Shown here: positions 8,706 through 19,511 of the stretch, piece by piece
How the letters are laid out: each line of letters begins with the position of its first letter
How positions within the stretch are numbered: position 1 is the first letter of the stretch
Assembly: GCA_965205485.1 (NCBI GenBank)
Contig: OZ242180.1
Span: 2,752,001 to 2,816,000 of the forward strand
Direction of reading: 5' to 3'
Origin: Candidatus Latescibacterota bacterium
GTDB taxonomy: Bacteria; Latescibacterota; UBA2968; GCA-2709665
Length of the DNA: 64,000 nt
Position numbers and translations under genes: made by a program
Notes under the pieces: generated by a model
Told to the model about the DNA's origin: nothing
Seen by the model: the letters and a program-made list of their open reading frames with translations, nothing else
Databases searched by the model: none

Positions 8706-10012
8706 CTCTGCACCTCGTCCGTGTTGGCCTCGCGTATATTCGCGCGGGTTCCGGGGATATCGAAACAGGCGTACTGGTTCTCCCGCATGATCCGGGTCGC
8801 TACTTCGATCGCCTGTTTTTCCGTCATATACCCGTCTGCAATCTCCGCTTCCAGCGCCCGGCGGATCTCGTTCCGTGCCTGAATGGAATACGCCAGTGTG
8901 CCTGTGGGCCACCCGGTATCGCCCCCGAATGCAAACAGCTTATTGGCGGGGACGGCGTGCAGGAAACGGCGCAGAAAGTCCCTCGAACTGTACGGGTCGA
9001 TGCTCCACGCCCAGCAGAGATCGACCCAGATGTTGCGGTAGTGCTTCGCCAGCGCAACGAGTTCATCGCTATACGGATAGGCGATGTGCATCAGGACGAA
9101 ACGCGCGTCCGGATATCGTGCGAACAGCGCGCACATATTCCCCGCGGCGATCCGGCTCACCGGCATGCGGTCGTTCCCGGCGTAGTATCCGGTGTGGATT
9201 TTGAACGGCAGGTTATGTTCGATAGAGAGTTCCACGCCCCTCGCCCAGCACCAGTCCCCGAGGCAGAGACGCGTCTGGACCGGGGCTTCTTCGTCCGGTC
9301 CCTTCAGTAACTTATCGAGCGCAGTTGCCGCCTCCGAGTCGTCCCGTTCCGTCCAGTTCAATGTGCGGTTGTACGCGTGCTGAGCCTTCACCGCGATCGC
9401 GCAGCCGGCGTATTTTGAAAAGATGCCTTCCATCGCCTGCCGGAGGGAGTCGAGCCCCGTCACCTCGATGTTCGTCTCAGCGCAAGTCTGCTCCGGATCG
9501 ATCTCTCCGTTGCAGAACCCTGCCCAGGAGAGGTCGTAGAGGAAAAAATCGAGGCCGGAACGGTCGGGGCGGCAGGCCCACTGGAAATCGTCCGTCTGAA
9601 CGTGATCCAGTCCTGCCTGATCCCGCAGCATGCGAAGGCGTTCGCCGGGCTGCCGCAGTGCGTGGATCTTTTCCTGGGCGTCCGTGAGGGCATCCGCGGT
9701 CAAGACGTCGATGCCGTACACATGCCTGGCGATCAGCCGAACCGCTTCCCCGTATCCGGTAAACTGCGTCGCCTCCCAGGCGTCGCGGATGCCCTCGAAT
9801 CGCCCGGCGACGTCCGCGTCCGACCCGTCCATCAGCCGCTTCACGGCGGCCGGAGGTGCGCCGGCGGTGTGAAGGTCGGCCGGAACGTAGTTGCCGAACA
9901 GGTCCTGCAGAATGTCCGGGCCGTCGTTCACCCATTCCGGCTCTTTCCGCAGATGCTCGTGCGTATCGACCAGTGCGATTTGCTCTACATGATGGCTCAG
10001 GTCGGTGTTCAT
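8702..10012 (-). CDS. amidohydrolase family protein
   Basis: DTHEH, KIHTG, VLMHIAYPY, FGGD metal-binding motifs. Confidence 0.85.
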   Translation of the reverse strand: MNTDLSHHVEQIALVDTHEHLRKEPEWVNDGPDILQDLFGNYVPADLHTAGAPPAAVKRLMDGSDADVAGRFEGIRDAWEATQFTGYGEAVRLIARHVYGIDVLTADALTDAQEKIHALRQPGERLRMLRDQAGLDHVQTDDFQWACRPDRSGLDFFLYDLSWAGFCNGEIDPEQTCAETNIEVTGLDSLRQAMEGIFSKYAGCAIAVKAQHAYNRTLNWTERDDSEAATALDKLLKGPDEEAPVQTRLCLGDWCWARGVELSIEHNLPFKIHTGYYAGNDRMPVSRIAAGNMCALFARYPDARFVLMHIAYPYSDELVALAKHYRNIWVDLCWAWSIDPYSSRDFLRRFLHAVPANKLFAFGGDTGWPTGTLAYSIQARNEIRRALEAEIADGYMTEKQAIEVATRIMRENQYACFDIPGTRANIREANTDEVQS

Positions 10013-10044
10013 TCGATCGTCCCCACGCCGCTGCCGACGAGCGT

Positions 10045-10653
10045 TCAGGTCCCGGTCCAGGGCGGAAAGAGTTCGTGTTCGATGCCCAGCAGATTCAGAA
10101 TCCGACCGGCGATGAAATCCGCCAGGTCGTCAAAGGTCTCCGGCTTCTGATAGAACGCCGGCATGGCCGGCAGGATGGCGGCACCCGCCTCCGCGGCAGC
10201 GGTCATGTTGCGGAGGTGGATCAGGTTCATCGGTGTTTCCCGGGGGACCAGTATCAGCGGACGCCGTTCCTTGAGCGTGACGTCCGCCGCCCGCTCGATC
10301 AGGTTTCCGGAAGCGCCGTGGGCGATATTCGCCAGGTATTTCATCGAACAGGGCACCACAACCATGCCGCGCAGGCCCACGGACCCGCTCGCGACAGGCG
10401 CCGCCATATTGCCGATCTGGTGAACGATCACGCGTCCGTTCGCAATATTGGCGCCGTACCTGTCCGCAAGGAAATCCTCAAACTCAGCCTGCTTTCCTTC
10501 GAAGCCCGCTTCCTCTCTAAGCAGCATCCAGCCGAACCCGGAGACGATGAGATGAACCTCGTCTCCGTTCATCAGCAGCGCGCGCAGGGTGCGCAGCGCA
10601 TAGATCGCCCCGCTGGCGCCGGTTATCGCAACCGTCGTCCGGTTCACCGCCAC
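10045..10653 (-). CDS. ubiX: flavin prenyltransferase UbiX
   Basis: [43 protein letters not shown]. Confidence 0.95.
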   Translation of the reverse strand: MAVNRTTVAITGASGAIYALRTLRALLMNGDEVHLIVSGFGWMLLREEAGFEGKQAEFEDFLADRYGANIANGRVIVHQIGNMAAPVASGSVGLRGMVVVPCSMKYLANIAHGASGNLIERAADVTLKERRPLILVPRETPMNLIHLRNMTAAAEAGAAILPAMPAFYQKPETFDDLADFIAGRILNLLGIEHELFPPWTGT

Positions 10654-11504
10654 AGCACGTCTCCAAGCGTAAAGACGAAAAAGACGGCGCTGATCGCGGC
10701 ATTCACGTTCATGAACGCCACGCCGAGTTTTGAAAAGTCGTCAGGCTTTACAAGCCGGTGCTCGTACACCATCAACCCCGCCACGACGACGAGTCCAGCC
10801 GCATAGATAACTCCCAGCCCGAAACGCACCCCCACCGCGACCATCAGAAGAAAGGAAATCGCGTGCAGGGCCCGGGCGATGGCGAGCCCCCGGAGCACGC
10901 CGAAACGTTGCGGAATCGAATTAACCCCGTGTCCGCGGTCAAACTCGACGTCCTGGCAGGCGTAGATGATATCGAATCCGGACACCCAAGCCAGTACAGC
11001 GCCTCCCAGAAGCAGGATCTCCGCGTCCAGACTTCCGGCGATCGCGATCCAGGCGCCGATCGGCGCAACCGACAATGCGAGTCCGAGAAAGAACTGCGTG
11101 CCCCACGTGAACCGTTTCGTATAGGAATAGAAGAAGACAATGCCCAGGGCCACGGGCGACAGCGCGAAACACAGGGTATTCAGCCTCCAGGCCGCCAGTA
11201 CAAGCGCCGCGGAGGAAAACGCGACCAGCACGCGCACGGCGGCTGGAGAGATCCGGCCCAGCGGCAGTTCGCGGGCCGCGGTTCTGGGATTCGCCGCGTC
11301 CATCTCCCGGTCCACCAGCCGGTTGAAGCCCATCGCGGCGCTCCTGGCCCCCACCATCGCCACAACGATCCAGAACACCTGGGCCAGGCTGACGTCAAAC
11401 TCCAGAGCCGCCAGCGCCGCGCCGCTGAACGCAAACGGCAGGGCGAACACGCTGTGCGAAAACTTGATCATGCGCCCGTAGGTTACAATCCGTTCAACGA
11501 GCAT
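10644..11504 (-). CDS. UbiA-family prenyltransferase, MqnP-like
   Basis: [54 protein letters not shown]. Confidence 0.9.
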   Translation of the reverse strand: MLVERIVTYGRMIKFSHSVFALPFAFSGAALAALEFDVSLAQVFWIVVAMVGARSAAMGFNRLVDREMDAANPRTAARELPLGRISPAAVRVLVAFSSAALVLAAWRLNTLCFALSPVALGIVFFYSYTKRFTWGTQFFLGLALSVAPIGAWIAIAGSLDAEILLLGGAVLAWVSGFDIIYACQDVEFDRGHGVNSIPQRFGVLRGLAIARALHAISFLLMVAVGVRFGLGVIYAAGLVVVAGLMVYEHRLVKPDDFSKLGVAFMNVNAAISAVFFVFTLGDVLWR

Positions 11505-11548
11505 GGGTGGGTCCCAACCTGTACCCGTCCACTCGCACAGAGGATCCG

Positions 11549-12631
11549 CTATCGCGGTCCGAGCGCGGCGTTGACAGTTTCATCGATTCGAGACATCTCG
11601 TCGTCCGTCAATTCCACGCCGGCCGCGTTCACATTGTCCTCCAGATGCCGCATTTCCGTTACGCCGGCGATGACGGACGGCACCTGCTCGTTGGCCAGCA
11701 GCCAGGCGATCGCGAGTTGAGCAAGGGAAATCCCCTTCGCTTCCGCAACCGCGAGCAGCCCTTCAACGGCCTCCAGGTAGGGTTCGGTCAAGAACTCGGC
11801 CTGGTCGCCGTCGTCTATGATCCGACCGCTGGCGTCTTCCAGACTTCCCTTGCGGTACCGGCCGGTGAGCAGGCCGCTCGCGAGCGGATAATAGGGAATC
11901 ACGCCCACTTCGGCCCTGGCAGCCGCCTTCAGCAAATCAGCCGCGCGGCCGCCGTCCTCGGCCGCGACCGCATCCTGCTGTACGAGATTGTACCGGTTCT
12001 GCACGGCCACAATCCGCCGCGAGACGTCCTTGCCCACCTTTTCCAGCGTCGCGACCACGTTCGCCATCTGTTTCGCCGAATGATTGGATACCGCCAGGTA
12101 ACGCACCTTCCCCTGCGTGACCAGATCGTCGAACGCGCCCCAGGTCTCCTCGATCGGCACCCGGTAGTTTCCCTGGTCGTCGGTGCCGTTCTGGTGCAGG
12201 TAGAGCAGGTCGATGTAATCCGTCTGCATCCGCTCCAGACACTTGTCTACCCCGAAGTGGATGTACGTCCGGGAAGCGCCGAGCTGATTCGGCGTAAAAT
12301 CGGCCTCCATGGCGTGCTCTGCGCGCACCGGGTTGTGAATCTTGGTTGCCATGACCACCTGCTCCCTGACCGAACGCGGGCGAGAGGCGAAATAGCGCCC
12401 CAGCAGGCGTTCGGAATTTCCCGATGCCAGGTTGTATGAACATGCCGTATCCCAGTGAAAGACCCCCAGTTCCAGGGCGCGGTCCAGGACCTCGAACCCC
12501 TCGTGGTCCCCGATGCGGGATCCATCGTACACGGGATCGCCCCATTTCCACATGCCCAGTCCTACCACGGACACGAATAGACCGGAATTCCCAACCCGCC
12601 GGCACGGCATGCCTCTGAATTCTTCTGCCAT
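11549..12631 (-). CDS. aldo/keto reductase
   Basis: GLG, DTACSY, ATK, DYIDLLYLH, GKVRYLAVSN, PLASGLLTG. Confidence 0.9.
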   Translation of the reverse strand: MAEEFRGMPCRRVGNSGLFVSVVGLGMWKWGDPVYDGSRIGDHEGFEVLDRALELGVFHWDTACSYNLASGNSERLLGRYFASRPRSVREQVVMATKIHNPVRAEHAMEADFTPNQLGASRTYIHFGVDKCLERMQTDYIDLLYLHQNGTDDQGNYRVPIEETWGAFDDLVTQGKVRYLAVSNHSAKQMANVVATLEKVGKDVSRRIVAVQNRYNLVQQDAVAAEDGGRAADLLKAAARAEVGVIPYYPLASGLLTGRYRKGSLEDASGRIIDDGDQAEFLTEPYLEAVEGLLAVAEAKGISLAQLAIAWLLANEQVPSVIAGVTEMRHLEDNVNAAGVELTDDEMSRIDETVNAALGPR

Positions 12632-12793
12632 TTTTCAGACCTCCATTGATTGAATTTGTAACTATCCTCAATTCACAAAAGATAACAGTCAATTTGGCTG
12701 AAAAAAGCCTGAATGCGGGTAGAGGGTAGACCAAAAGCGGTGAGAGGGGAGCCGGTAGAGGGTAGAGAACCACGCCCCAGCCCACCACTTGGT

Positions 12794-12921
12794 GAGACGT
12801 AAGCCGGGAGAGGTTAGAGATGTCCTGCCTCGTGAGGATTCTTTTCGTGCCGAAGGCAGCGAGGAATTAAATGTCGGGCGAGGATATCATCTACCGTCTA
12901 CCCTCTCACCTCTACCCGCCT
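12794..12921. repeat. 128-bp structured intergenic repeat, copy 2, within heptamer-like purine/pyrimidine tracts (about 12718-12990)
   Basis: Homologous to 5527-5654; flanks have gtagagg and cgtctcc/tctaccc units. Confidence 0.7.
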
Positions 12922-13036
12922 TTCTTCTACTGTCTTACGTCTCCCGTCTACCCGGTTATCTCCCCCTCTTCCGTCTCCCGTCTCCCTGCTTTTCGGGCGC
13001 CGGGGGGAGATGTCCCCAAAGACTAACGAATCAAGG

Positions 13037-15856
13037 TTAAGCGGACCGGATACGCGGATGTCGATTGTGCCAATCCGTCGCCTGCTCGTACGCCAGGCCG
13101 GCGGCCAGAACGGTCGCTTCGTCGTAGAGGTTCCCGATCAGCGTCAACCCCAGGGGCATCCCGTCCACGAAGCCGCACTTCAGCGTGAGGGCCGGATGTC
13201 CGGTGAGATTGGTTGTCGCGAGACTCGCCCCGGCTCTACCGGGCGCCAGAAGCACGTCCCAATTCGCCATCAGTTCCTCCATGTCGCGAATCATCAGGGA
13301 ACGAACCTGTTGCGCCCGCAGATACTCGACTGCCGGCACCATACGAAAGCTGCGAAATACCGTGGGCCAGGAACTCTTGTCCGCATCGCTCATGGCGTCC
13401 AGTTCGCCCGCCCGGGTCGCACTGTCGAACGCGGCCGCCGCCTCCACGCACAGCATCATCGACACCGCGCCCTGCGGAAACGCCGGTAGCGTCACCGGCT
13501 CTACCCGGAGTCCCAGTTCCTCAAACCTGCAAAACGCCTCCTGGTAGACGGCGCGGTCATCGGACGACGCCATCGCATCGAATTCAGGCTTGATATAACC
13601 GATTCGCAATGCCTTCGTGTCGGTTGCCGCGGGCCAGTAGAACGGCGCGTCCACCACGGAACGGTCTCTCCCGTCCGGCCCGCGGATCGCGCTGAACACG
13701 GCCGCGCAATCTTCAACGCCGCGGCACATGGGGCCGAGTTTATCCATGGTCCAGGCAAGCGCCATCGCGCCGTACCGGCTTACGCGGCCGTAGGTTGGCC
13801 GCAGCCCCGTTACCCCGCAGGTGTGGCTCGGCCCCACGATGGAGCCCAGAGTTTCCGAACCGATGCTGAAGCCGACGAGGCCCGCGGCGGTCGCCGCGCC
13901 GGGGCCGGCCGAAGACCCGCTCGAGCCGGTTTCCGTATTCCAGGGGTTCCGGGTCATTCCGCCAAACCAGTGCGGCCCGTTGGCGAGGGCTCCCGTTGAG
14001 AGTTTGGCCACGAGAACCGCGCCTGCATCCTGAAGCCGTTCCACAACAGCCGCGTCGGTTTCAACTGTCTGTTCCCTGAAGGGCGTGGCGCCCCACGTGG
14101 TCGGGATTCCCTTTGTGGCAAGCAGGTCCTTGGCGCCCCAGGGAATCCCGTGCAGCGGCCCCCTGTACCTGCCGGCCATGATCTCCGCTTCCGCGGCCTT
14201 CGCCTGCGCCATCGCCAGGTCGTCGGTGAGCGAAACCACGCAATGCAACGCGTCCCCGAACGCGTCCAGACGTTCCAGGTAGAGCCTGGCGAGTTCCACG
14301 GGAGACACCTGCCGCGTTTCTACCAGGCGGGCGAGCGCGCTCACGGGTAGAAAGGCCAGGTCCTCCCGGGATTCCGGTCGCTCGATCGCGGAAGCCGTCA
14401 ACCGGAACGGGCGCTGTTCTCCGGATGGCGGCGGCTTCACGCCGGGCAGGAATATCGAGGCCGGGCTCACGTCGTAGCCCACGTCCACGTCGCGAAGTTC
14501 CCGGTAACGGAGACGGTATTGCTCCACGTCCCGCCTCATTTTCCCACGCTGTTCTTCGGTAAAGCGGATTCCGCTCAACTGCTCCGCGCCCGCGACCCGG
14601 GCGTCGACCACGGCTGCTTCCGCCTCCGCGATGCCGTTCAGCGATACAAACCGGATCTCCGTATCGATATCCGGGCTGCAACCCTCGCCGATGTGCCCGT
14701 GCGTATAGACCAGACGCGGTACGTTCACGCGGTTGTGTCCGGTCTGACGTTCGAGGGCCGGCAGCCAGTTGGATGCGTCAGGTTCGTCCGCCGATATCCT
14801 GTAGGCCGAAAACGTCTCCCCGCCGTCCCGCGACGTAAACAGCGCGATCTCGTTGGTGGAATCCGACCAGCCGCCGCCCCGCCGGCACACCGGGACCGCG
14901 GCGTAGATCACGCCGTCGTCCGCGATGCTGAGCGCGCACACGTCCGACATTTCGCACCGTCCGAACAGCCGCTCCGCCCCGGGCATCAACGAAACGACCC
15001 GCCAGTCGTTCTTTCCCCTGGTGTAGACAAACGTCTCCGCCACGTCGTTCTCGCGGCGATTCAGCGTAAAGCAGAGCGTTCCCCTGGCGCCCGTTACGAC
15101 GTTGCCCATACGGACGTCGAGACCTTCGTCGAATTCGATGATGCAGGGTGAAGCCGGGGTTGTGGGGAGGTCGAGCGCGCGTCCGTCGACGGTCTCCCAG
15201 TTCTCGCCCCGGTCGCGGGACCGCATCACGCCGAATCCCCTGCCGCGCGTGTCGCCATAGTCCGCTTCAGTTGCCCGCACGATGTGATAGGCAAGGTAGA
15301 GCGTTCCGCTCCCGTCGATGTGAAGCGCGTTCTCGAACTGCGTATACGCGGGAGGTCCCTTGGGGTCCACGAGCTTGACCGGGTCCGTCCACTCGCCACC
15401 GCCGGTTTTCTTCTGATACACCAGCGACCAGGGTCGTTCCGCGGCGTACGAGCCGCGGTAACAGGCATGCAGCGTATCGTCCGCGTCGCAGACCAGGCTC
15501 GGATAGGTCGCCGTGGATCCTCCGAACGAAGGCTGTTCCACCCACGACGTTGAGGTATTGGGACGTCTGCTCACCACGTGACGCATCGGATTGTGATGGG
15601 GACCGAATGCCAGGTGCAGGTAACCCCGCGAATCCATTGCAAACGCCGCGCCCGCGTGGTTGTCATCCCCGGTTCCCACGTAGACCGGCCTGCCCCAGCG
15701 CCTGGTCTTGTGGTAGTAGGTCCGCACATAGATCTTGCAGATCTGATCCAGCCACGCCACGTGTGTCTTGCCCGCGTGGGTCAGGATCTTGTTGCTCATG
15801 GTGTACGCGGTTCCCCGCGTTGATCCCGTAACGGAAAGCACCTTGTGCCTCATCAT
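13037..15856 (-). CDS. fusion of BNR/sialidase-like beta-propeller and amidase-signature domain
   Basis: N-half has DNHAGAAFAMDSRGYLHL, ATYP and Asp boxes SRDRGENW/SRDGGETF; C-half has GAKDL, GSSGSSAG, GSETLGSI; start probably MMRHK at 15856. Confidence 0.85.
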   Translation of the reverse strand: MMRHKVLSVTGSTRGTAYTMSNKILTHAGKTHVAWLDQICKIYVRTYYHKTRRWGRPVYVGTGDDNHAGAAFAMDSRGYLHLAFGPHHNPMRHVVSRRPNTSTSWVEQPSFGGSTATYPSLVCDADDTLHACYRGSYAAERPWSLVYQKKTGGGEWTDPVKLVDPKGPPAYTQFENALHIDGSGTLYLAYHIVRATEADYGDTRGRGFGVMRSRDRGENWETVDGRALDLPTTPASPCIIEFDEGLDVRMGNVVTGARGTLCFTLNRRENDVAETFVYTRGKNDWRVVSLMPGAERLFGRCEMSDVCALSIADDGVIYAAVPVCRRGGGWSDSTNEIALFTSRDGGETFSAYRISADEPDASNWLPALERQTGHNRVNVPRLVYTHGHIGEGCSPDIDTEIRFVSLNGIAEAEAAVVDARVAGAEQLSGIRFTEEQRGKMRRDVEQYRLRYRELRDVDVGYDVSPASIFLPGVKPPPSGEQRPFRLTASAIERPESREDLAFLPVSALARLVETRQVSPVELARLYLERLDAFGDALHCVVSLTDDLAMAQAKAAEAEIMAGRYRGPLHGIPWGAKDLLATKGIPTTWGATPFREQTVETDAAVVERLQDAGAVLVAKLSTGALANGPHWFGGMTRNPWNTETGSSGSSAGPGAATAAGLVGFSIGSETLGSIVGPSHTCGVTGLRPTYGRVSRYGAMALAWTMDKLGPMCRGVEDCAAVFSAIRGPDGRDRSVVDAPFYWPAATDTKALRIGYIKPEFDAMASSDDRAVYQEAFCRFEELGLRVEPVTLPAFPQGAVSMMLCVEAAAAFDSATRAGELDAMSDADKSSWPTVFRSFRMVPAVEYLRAQQVRSLMIRDMEELMANWDVLLAPGRAGASLATTNLTGHPALTLKCGFVDGMPLGLTLIGNLYDEATVLAAGLAYEQATDWHNRHPRIRSA

Positions 15857-15893
15857 TCTCACCCGTCTTGCGCGTACGCCGCGACAACCCGTG

Positions 15894-16595
15894 TCACGCG
15901 TCCGTCCGGATTCTTGCCACCCAACCCGACGTGGCGTCGCAATAAAGGAACCCGCCATCGTAACCGGAGAGCCCGTGAGGCTCCGGATCGGACGGCGGGA
16001 CATGGATGCGATCCAATTCATCGCCCGTGCACGGATCGAGTTTTACGATCACACGATCCGAAGTGTGTACGATCCACACCCCGTTCTCAACGCGAACAAC
16101 GCCGTGCGCCCGTCCGTACGGAAGGGGTAACACCCGCTGAATCGTCCAGTCCGAGATACGTACTTGCGTCAACGTCTGGTCCTTCAACGTGGTCAACCAC
16201 AGCGTTCCGGTCTCGAACGAATCGTACTCCAGCCCGTGCGTGCCGCCGCCGCCCGGCAGCGGCCATCGCCCCAGGGTATCGCCGGTCTCGGGATCCACCC
16301 GCAGAATCTCGCCCGAATCCGCGTCCGCGTCCCGGGGCGTTCTCCACTTCTCCGCCGAACCGTTGGCAGCCACCCAGAGCGATCCGTCGCCCCAGGCCAG
16401 CCCGCTGGTGTTGGACGACTCGGTGGACAATTCGAACCGCATCCGCAGCATCCCGTACTCGTCCGCATCCGAGACATCCAGAATGGCGGCGCGGTCCGTT
16501 ACCTGGTCGACCAACCATATTCCGTCGCCGGTTGCCTGCACGCCGTTGGGCATCCCGTACGGCGCTCTGAACCAGCGTTCGATTTTCGCATCCAT
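15894..16595 (-). CDS. beta-propeller protein (glutamine cyclotransferase/NHL-like)
   Basis: Repeated blades: PNGVQ, SGLAWGDGSLWV, HGLEYD, PEPHGLS. Confidence 0.65.
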   Translation of the reverse strand: MDAKIERWFRAPYGMPNGVQATGDGIWLVDQVTDRAAILDVSDADEYGMLRMRFELSTESSNTSGLAWGDGSLWVAANGSAEKWRTPRDADADSGEILRVDPETGDTLGRWPLPGGGGTHGLEYDSFETGTLWLTTLKDQTLTQVRISDWTIQRVLPLPYGRAHGVVRVENGVWIVHTSDRVIVKLDPCTGDELDRIHVPPSDPEPHGLSGYDGGFLYCDATSGWVARIRTDA

Positions 16596-16673
16596 GTCAG
16601 AAGCTTTCAGGTGGTGGGTCGTGAGTCGTCGTTCAATCGGAGGTTCAGGAACTGCGGCTGGTGGCGACTTCCG

Positions 16674-17771
16674 TCAGGCGACACGACGGCCCGCGATCTC
16701 GAACAGACGGTACTCCACCCAATCGTGTTCGCAGCAGGGCCCCCGGGCGAACCAGGCTCTACCATTTGACGGCTCCAGAACAATGCCGCAAATCGTCTGC
16801 CCGCATCCGTCCACGCTGTGCCTGCAGATCGAAACGGGGCTGTTCACGTGGTCGCCGAGCGCCGACTTGATCGTCTCGGCATCCGGATCGGCAGACCTGT
16901 TCAGAAGCCGCGTTGCCCGGCCCCAGCGTGCGAGGCTCTGGCCCCGCTGATCGTTCGCGCGGCGCTCCAGCGGTATGAGGCGTTCCGCCAGATAGTGATT
17001 CGAGTGCGCCATCGGTCCGTCGAACGGGCTGGTGGCCTCGTAGTCGGCGGCCGTGGTTTCCAGGTTGTAGATCTCCCCGTGCCGGTCGCACAGAACATAG
17101 TTCATGCCGGACGCCCGGCGAGAGGAGACCGCGGCGTCGATGGCGTCTCCGATTTGAGCCGTGGCGAGAATGCGCCTGATCACGAACGGGTAGGGGACGC
17201 CAGGTCCGGCGTCGCCGGGGACGAGGTTGTTGATGACAACACCGATACCTTCGCTGTTCAGACCCGCGCTCCCGAGCATTCCCGCCGTTGTGTACATGAG
17301 CGCGTCAGGTCCTGCACCGGTGATTCGCAGCAACACTGCCGCAGGCTGAAAGATCTCCACCAGGTCGTAATTCTGGCCGATGGCGGCACGTGCGCCGCCT
17401 TCCATATCAGGGACCATGAACGTCGTACATCCCGCCCCGATAAAGTTCGGGGAGAGATAGTCGAAAATGTCCAGGAAGCCGTTGAGCGCCATGATCTCCT
17501 CAATCGGCACACCCGCGCCATCGGCAATTCCTCCGGCCTCTTCCACCAGATCCGGAGCATAAGCTTCCGCGGGTTTCGCGTAGGTCGCGGCGATCTCAAG
17601 CACCCGTGTCTTGCTCAATACAGGTACGCGTTGGCGCCGGCTCGTGCGCTCCAGGTAGTCAAAATAGACCGGAATCAGCGCGCGAATTTCTTCACGGAAC
17701 GCCTCTCCGTGCGCCTGCCCGCGATTCGAGGGCGATCCTGACACCTCGAGGAGCGGAAAACCGTCGCTCAT
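16674..17771 (-). CDS. peptidase C45 (AAT-like) Ntn-hydrolase
   Basis: RGQAHG, G-CTT autoprocessing site, GQNYD, AGLNSEGIGV, HSNHY; RBS aaggag. Confidence 0.85.
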   Translation of the reverse strand: MSDGFPLLEVSGSPSNRGQAHGEAFREEIRALIPVYFDYLERTSRRQRVPVLSKTRVLEIAATYAKPAEAYAPDLVEEAGGIADGAGVPIEEIMALNGFLDIFDYLSPNFIGAGCTTFMVPDMEGGARAAIGQNYDLVEIFQPAAVLLRITGAGPDALMYTTAGMLGSAGLNSEGIGVVINNLVPGDAGPGVPYPFVIRRILATAQIGDAIDAAVSSRRASGMNYVLCDRHGEIYNLETTAADYEATSPFDGPMAHSNHYLAERLIPLERRANDQRGQSLARWGRATRLLNRSADPDAETIKSALGDHVNSPVSICRHSVDGCGQTICGIVLEPSNGRAWFARGPCCEHDWVEYRLFEIAGRRVA

Positions 17772-17821
17772 GTACACTCTCCTTCATCGTGATTACGGCG
17801 GCAATTCCTTCCGAAATGTGT

Positions 17822-19237
17822 TTACGACTCGCCACCGGCTGTTTCTTCGTTTTCCTCCGCGTCCCGCGCCTGCAATTTCCTGGCCGTCTTCGGGGACCCG
17901 ATGTAAAGTGAGTCGTAGGCCGCTTTCGAACTTGGAAAGGGGCCTTCGTGCCGGGTGCCGTGCCACTGCAGATTGGTGAACATCGGATTGGTCATCCCTG
18001 TTTCCGCCTCGCGCTTCGCAATCCACGCGTCCATGCGGTCTCTGAGCATCCGCGCCACGCCGGGTTCCTCTTCCGCAAGATTCACGTTCTCGCCCGGGTC
18101 TGCCACCAGGTTGTACAGCTCCACCTCGGGCTTCCCGTGGAAATCGGGCTCCAGCGCCACGATCAGCTTCCACTCGGGCGTGCGCCACCCGTGCTTGCGC
18201 ATCCAGGTGGCCTCCGTGATATAGAATTCAGACCGGTTGGACGCCCGCTGTCCGCAAATCAGCGGCAAGAGGCTGTTGCCGTCGAATTGGATGTCTGTCT
18301 GCACGTCCAGAAGCTCCAACAGGGTCGGCGCGAGATCGGGATGGCTCGTATAGCCGTTCACGCGCAGCCCTTCCGGCAGTACGCCGGGCAGACGCAGAAT
18401 CAGCGGGACATGCAGGGTGCAGTCGTACATCCCGTGATGATCGAAATAACAATCGTGATCGGCAAGCGTCTCCCCGTGGTCTCCGTTGTATACGACAAGC
18501 GTCTCGTCGGCAAGACCCAATTCCTCCAGGCGCGTGAGGATCCGCTGGATACAGGCATCCATATACGCGACTTCGCCGTCGTACTGGGCGATCACGTAGT
18601 CCGCGTCGGTGATGCCGGGTGGCATCCAGCTGAGATGAAAGTCCCGAAACGGCTTGAAATTCCGCACCGGTTCCATCGACGTTTTGGCGGGATCGCACGG
18701 GTCGCCGCTGTAAAACATCGTATCGTACGGCGGAGGCGGCAGGTAAGGCGCATGAGGGTCCATATGACGCAGAAACAGGAAGAAGGGTCGGTCGGCGGCG
18801 GCGAGCCGCTCCAGTTCCGGAATGGTAACGTCGTTCAGCCACTCGGCCTTGCGAAGGGGCCGTTGCTCCCATGATCCCCAGGCTTCGTAGTCGAGGTACC
18901 TGTCGAACCCCCGTGAGCTGGGATTGCCCGTGAAACCGACGCAAGTCGTATCGTATCCGGCGCCGCGCAGAATCTCGGAGAGACTCCTCACTTCGGGCCT
19001 TAGTCCGCCCTTGTGGCGCAGCGCCACGACCTGCGTGGAAAAACAATCCATGCCGGTCAGCATCGACGCATAGGCGGAGGTGGTTGGGATATGCGGGCTG
19101 AAGTTTTTCTCGAATAACACCCCCTGCGCGGCCAGCCGGTCCGCGTAGGGGGTCGTCAGCCGTCCGTATCCGTAACAGCTCATGTGGGCGGCCCACAGGC
19201 TGTCCACACCGAAAAACAACAGGTTCCGTTTTGGCAT
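17822..19237 (-). CDS. sulfatase/alkaline-phosphatase superfamily hydrolase (Thr at nucleophile position)
   Basis: GVDSL, IPTTSAYASMLTG, DPHAPY, YDGEVAYMD, GDHGE, VPLI. Confidence 0.85.
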   Translation of the reverse strand: MPKRNLLFFGVDSLWAAHMSCYGYGRLTTPYADRLAAQGVLFEKNFSPHIPTTSAYASMLTGMDCFSTQVVALRHKGGLRPEVRSLSEILRGAGYDTTCVGFTGNPSSRGFDRYLDYEAWGSWEQRPLRKAEWLNDVTIPELERLAAADRPFFLFLRHMDPHAPYLPPPPYDTMFYSGDPCDPAKTSMEPVRNFKPFRDFHLSWMPPGITDADYVIAQYDGEVAYMDACIQRILTRLEELGLADETLVVYNGDHGETLADHDCYFDHHGMYDCTLHVPLILRLPGVLPEGLRVNGYTSHPDLAPTLLELLDVQTDIQFDGNSLLPLICGQRASNRSEFYITEATWMRKHGWRTPEWKLIVALEPDFHGKPEVELYNLVADPGENVNLAEEEPGVARMLRDRMDAWIAKREAETGMTNPMFTNLQWHGTRHEGPFPSSKAAYDSLYIGSPKTARKLQARDAEENEETAGGES

Positions 19238-19511
19238 GGTTGATGGACCCTTCTCGTCCGGCGAACAGGCGGCGGTACCGACAGGGAAATCACCGGACCC
19301 CGTCGCTCCACCAGTATTAGCCTCAATCCGAAAAAAACAGCAACGCGGTGACGCGATAAAACCCTCCGAAACGGGGCATTATCGACGTATAGAAGGACGT
19401 TTTTTTCCTTCACGGCCGGTGACCTGGTGTATCCTGGTAATCAGCCGTCTAATCGCCTTTATTTACAAACATATATTCGAATTAACGTTCCCGAGGACTT
19501 ACGAATCAAGG

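Noticed and set aside
13037..14620. gatA (Glu-tRNAGln amidotransferase)
   Set aside because: No gatB/gatC nearby, it is fused to a propeller, and glnS is present; treated as a general amidase.
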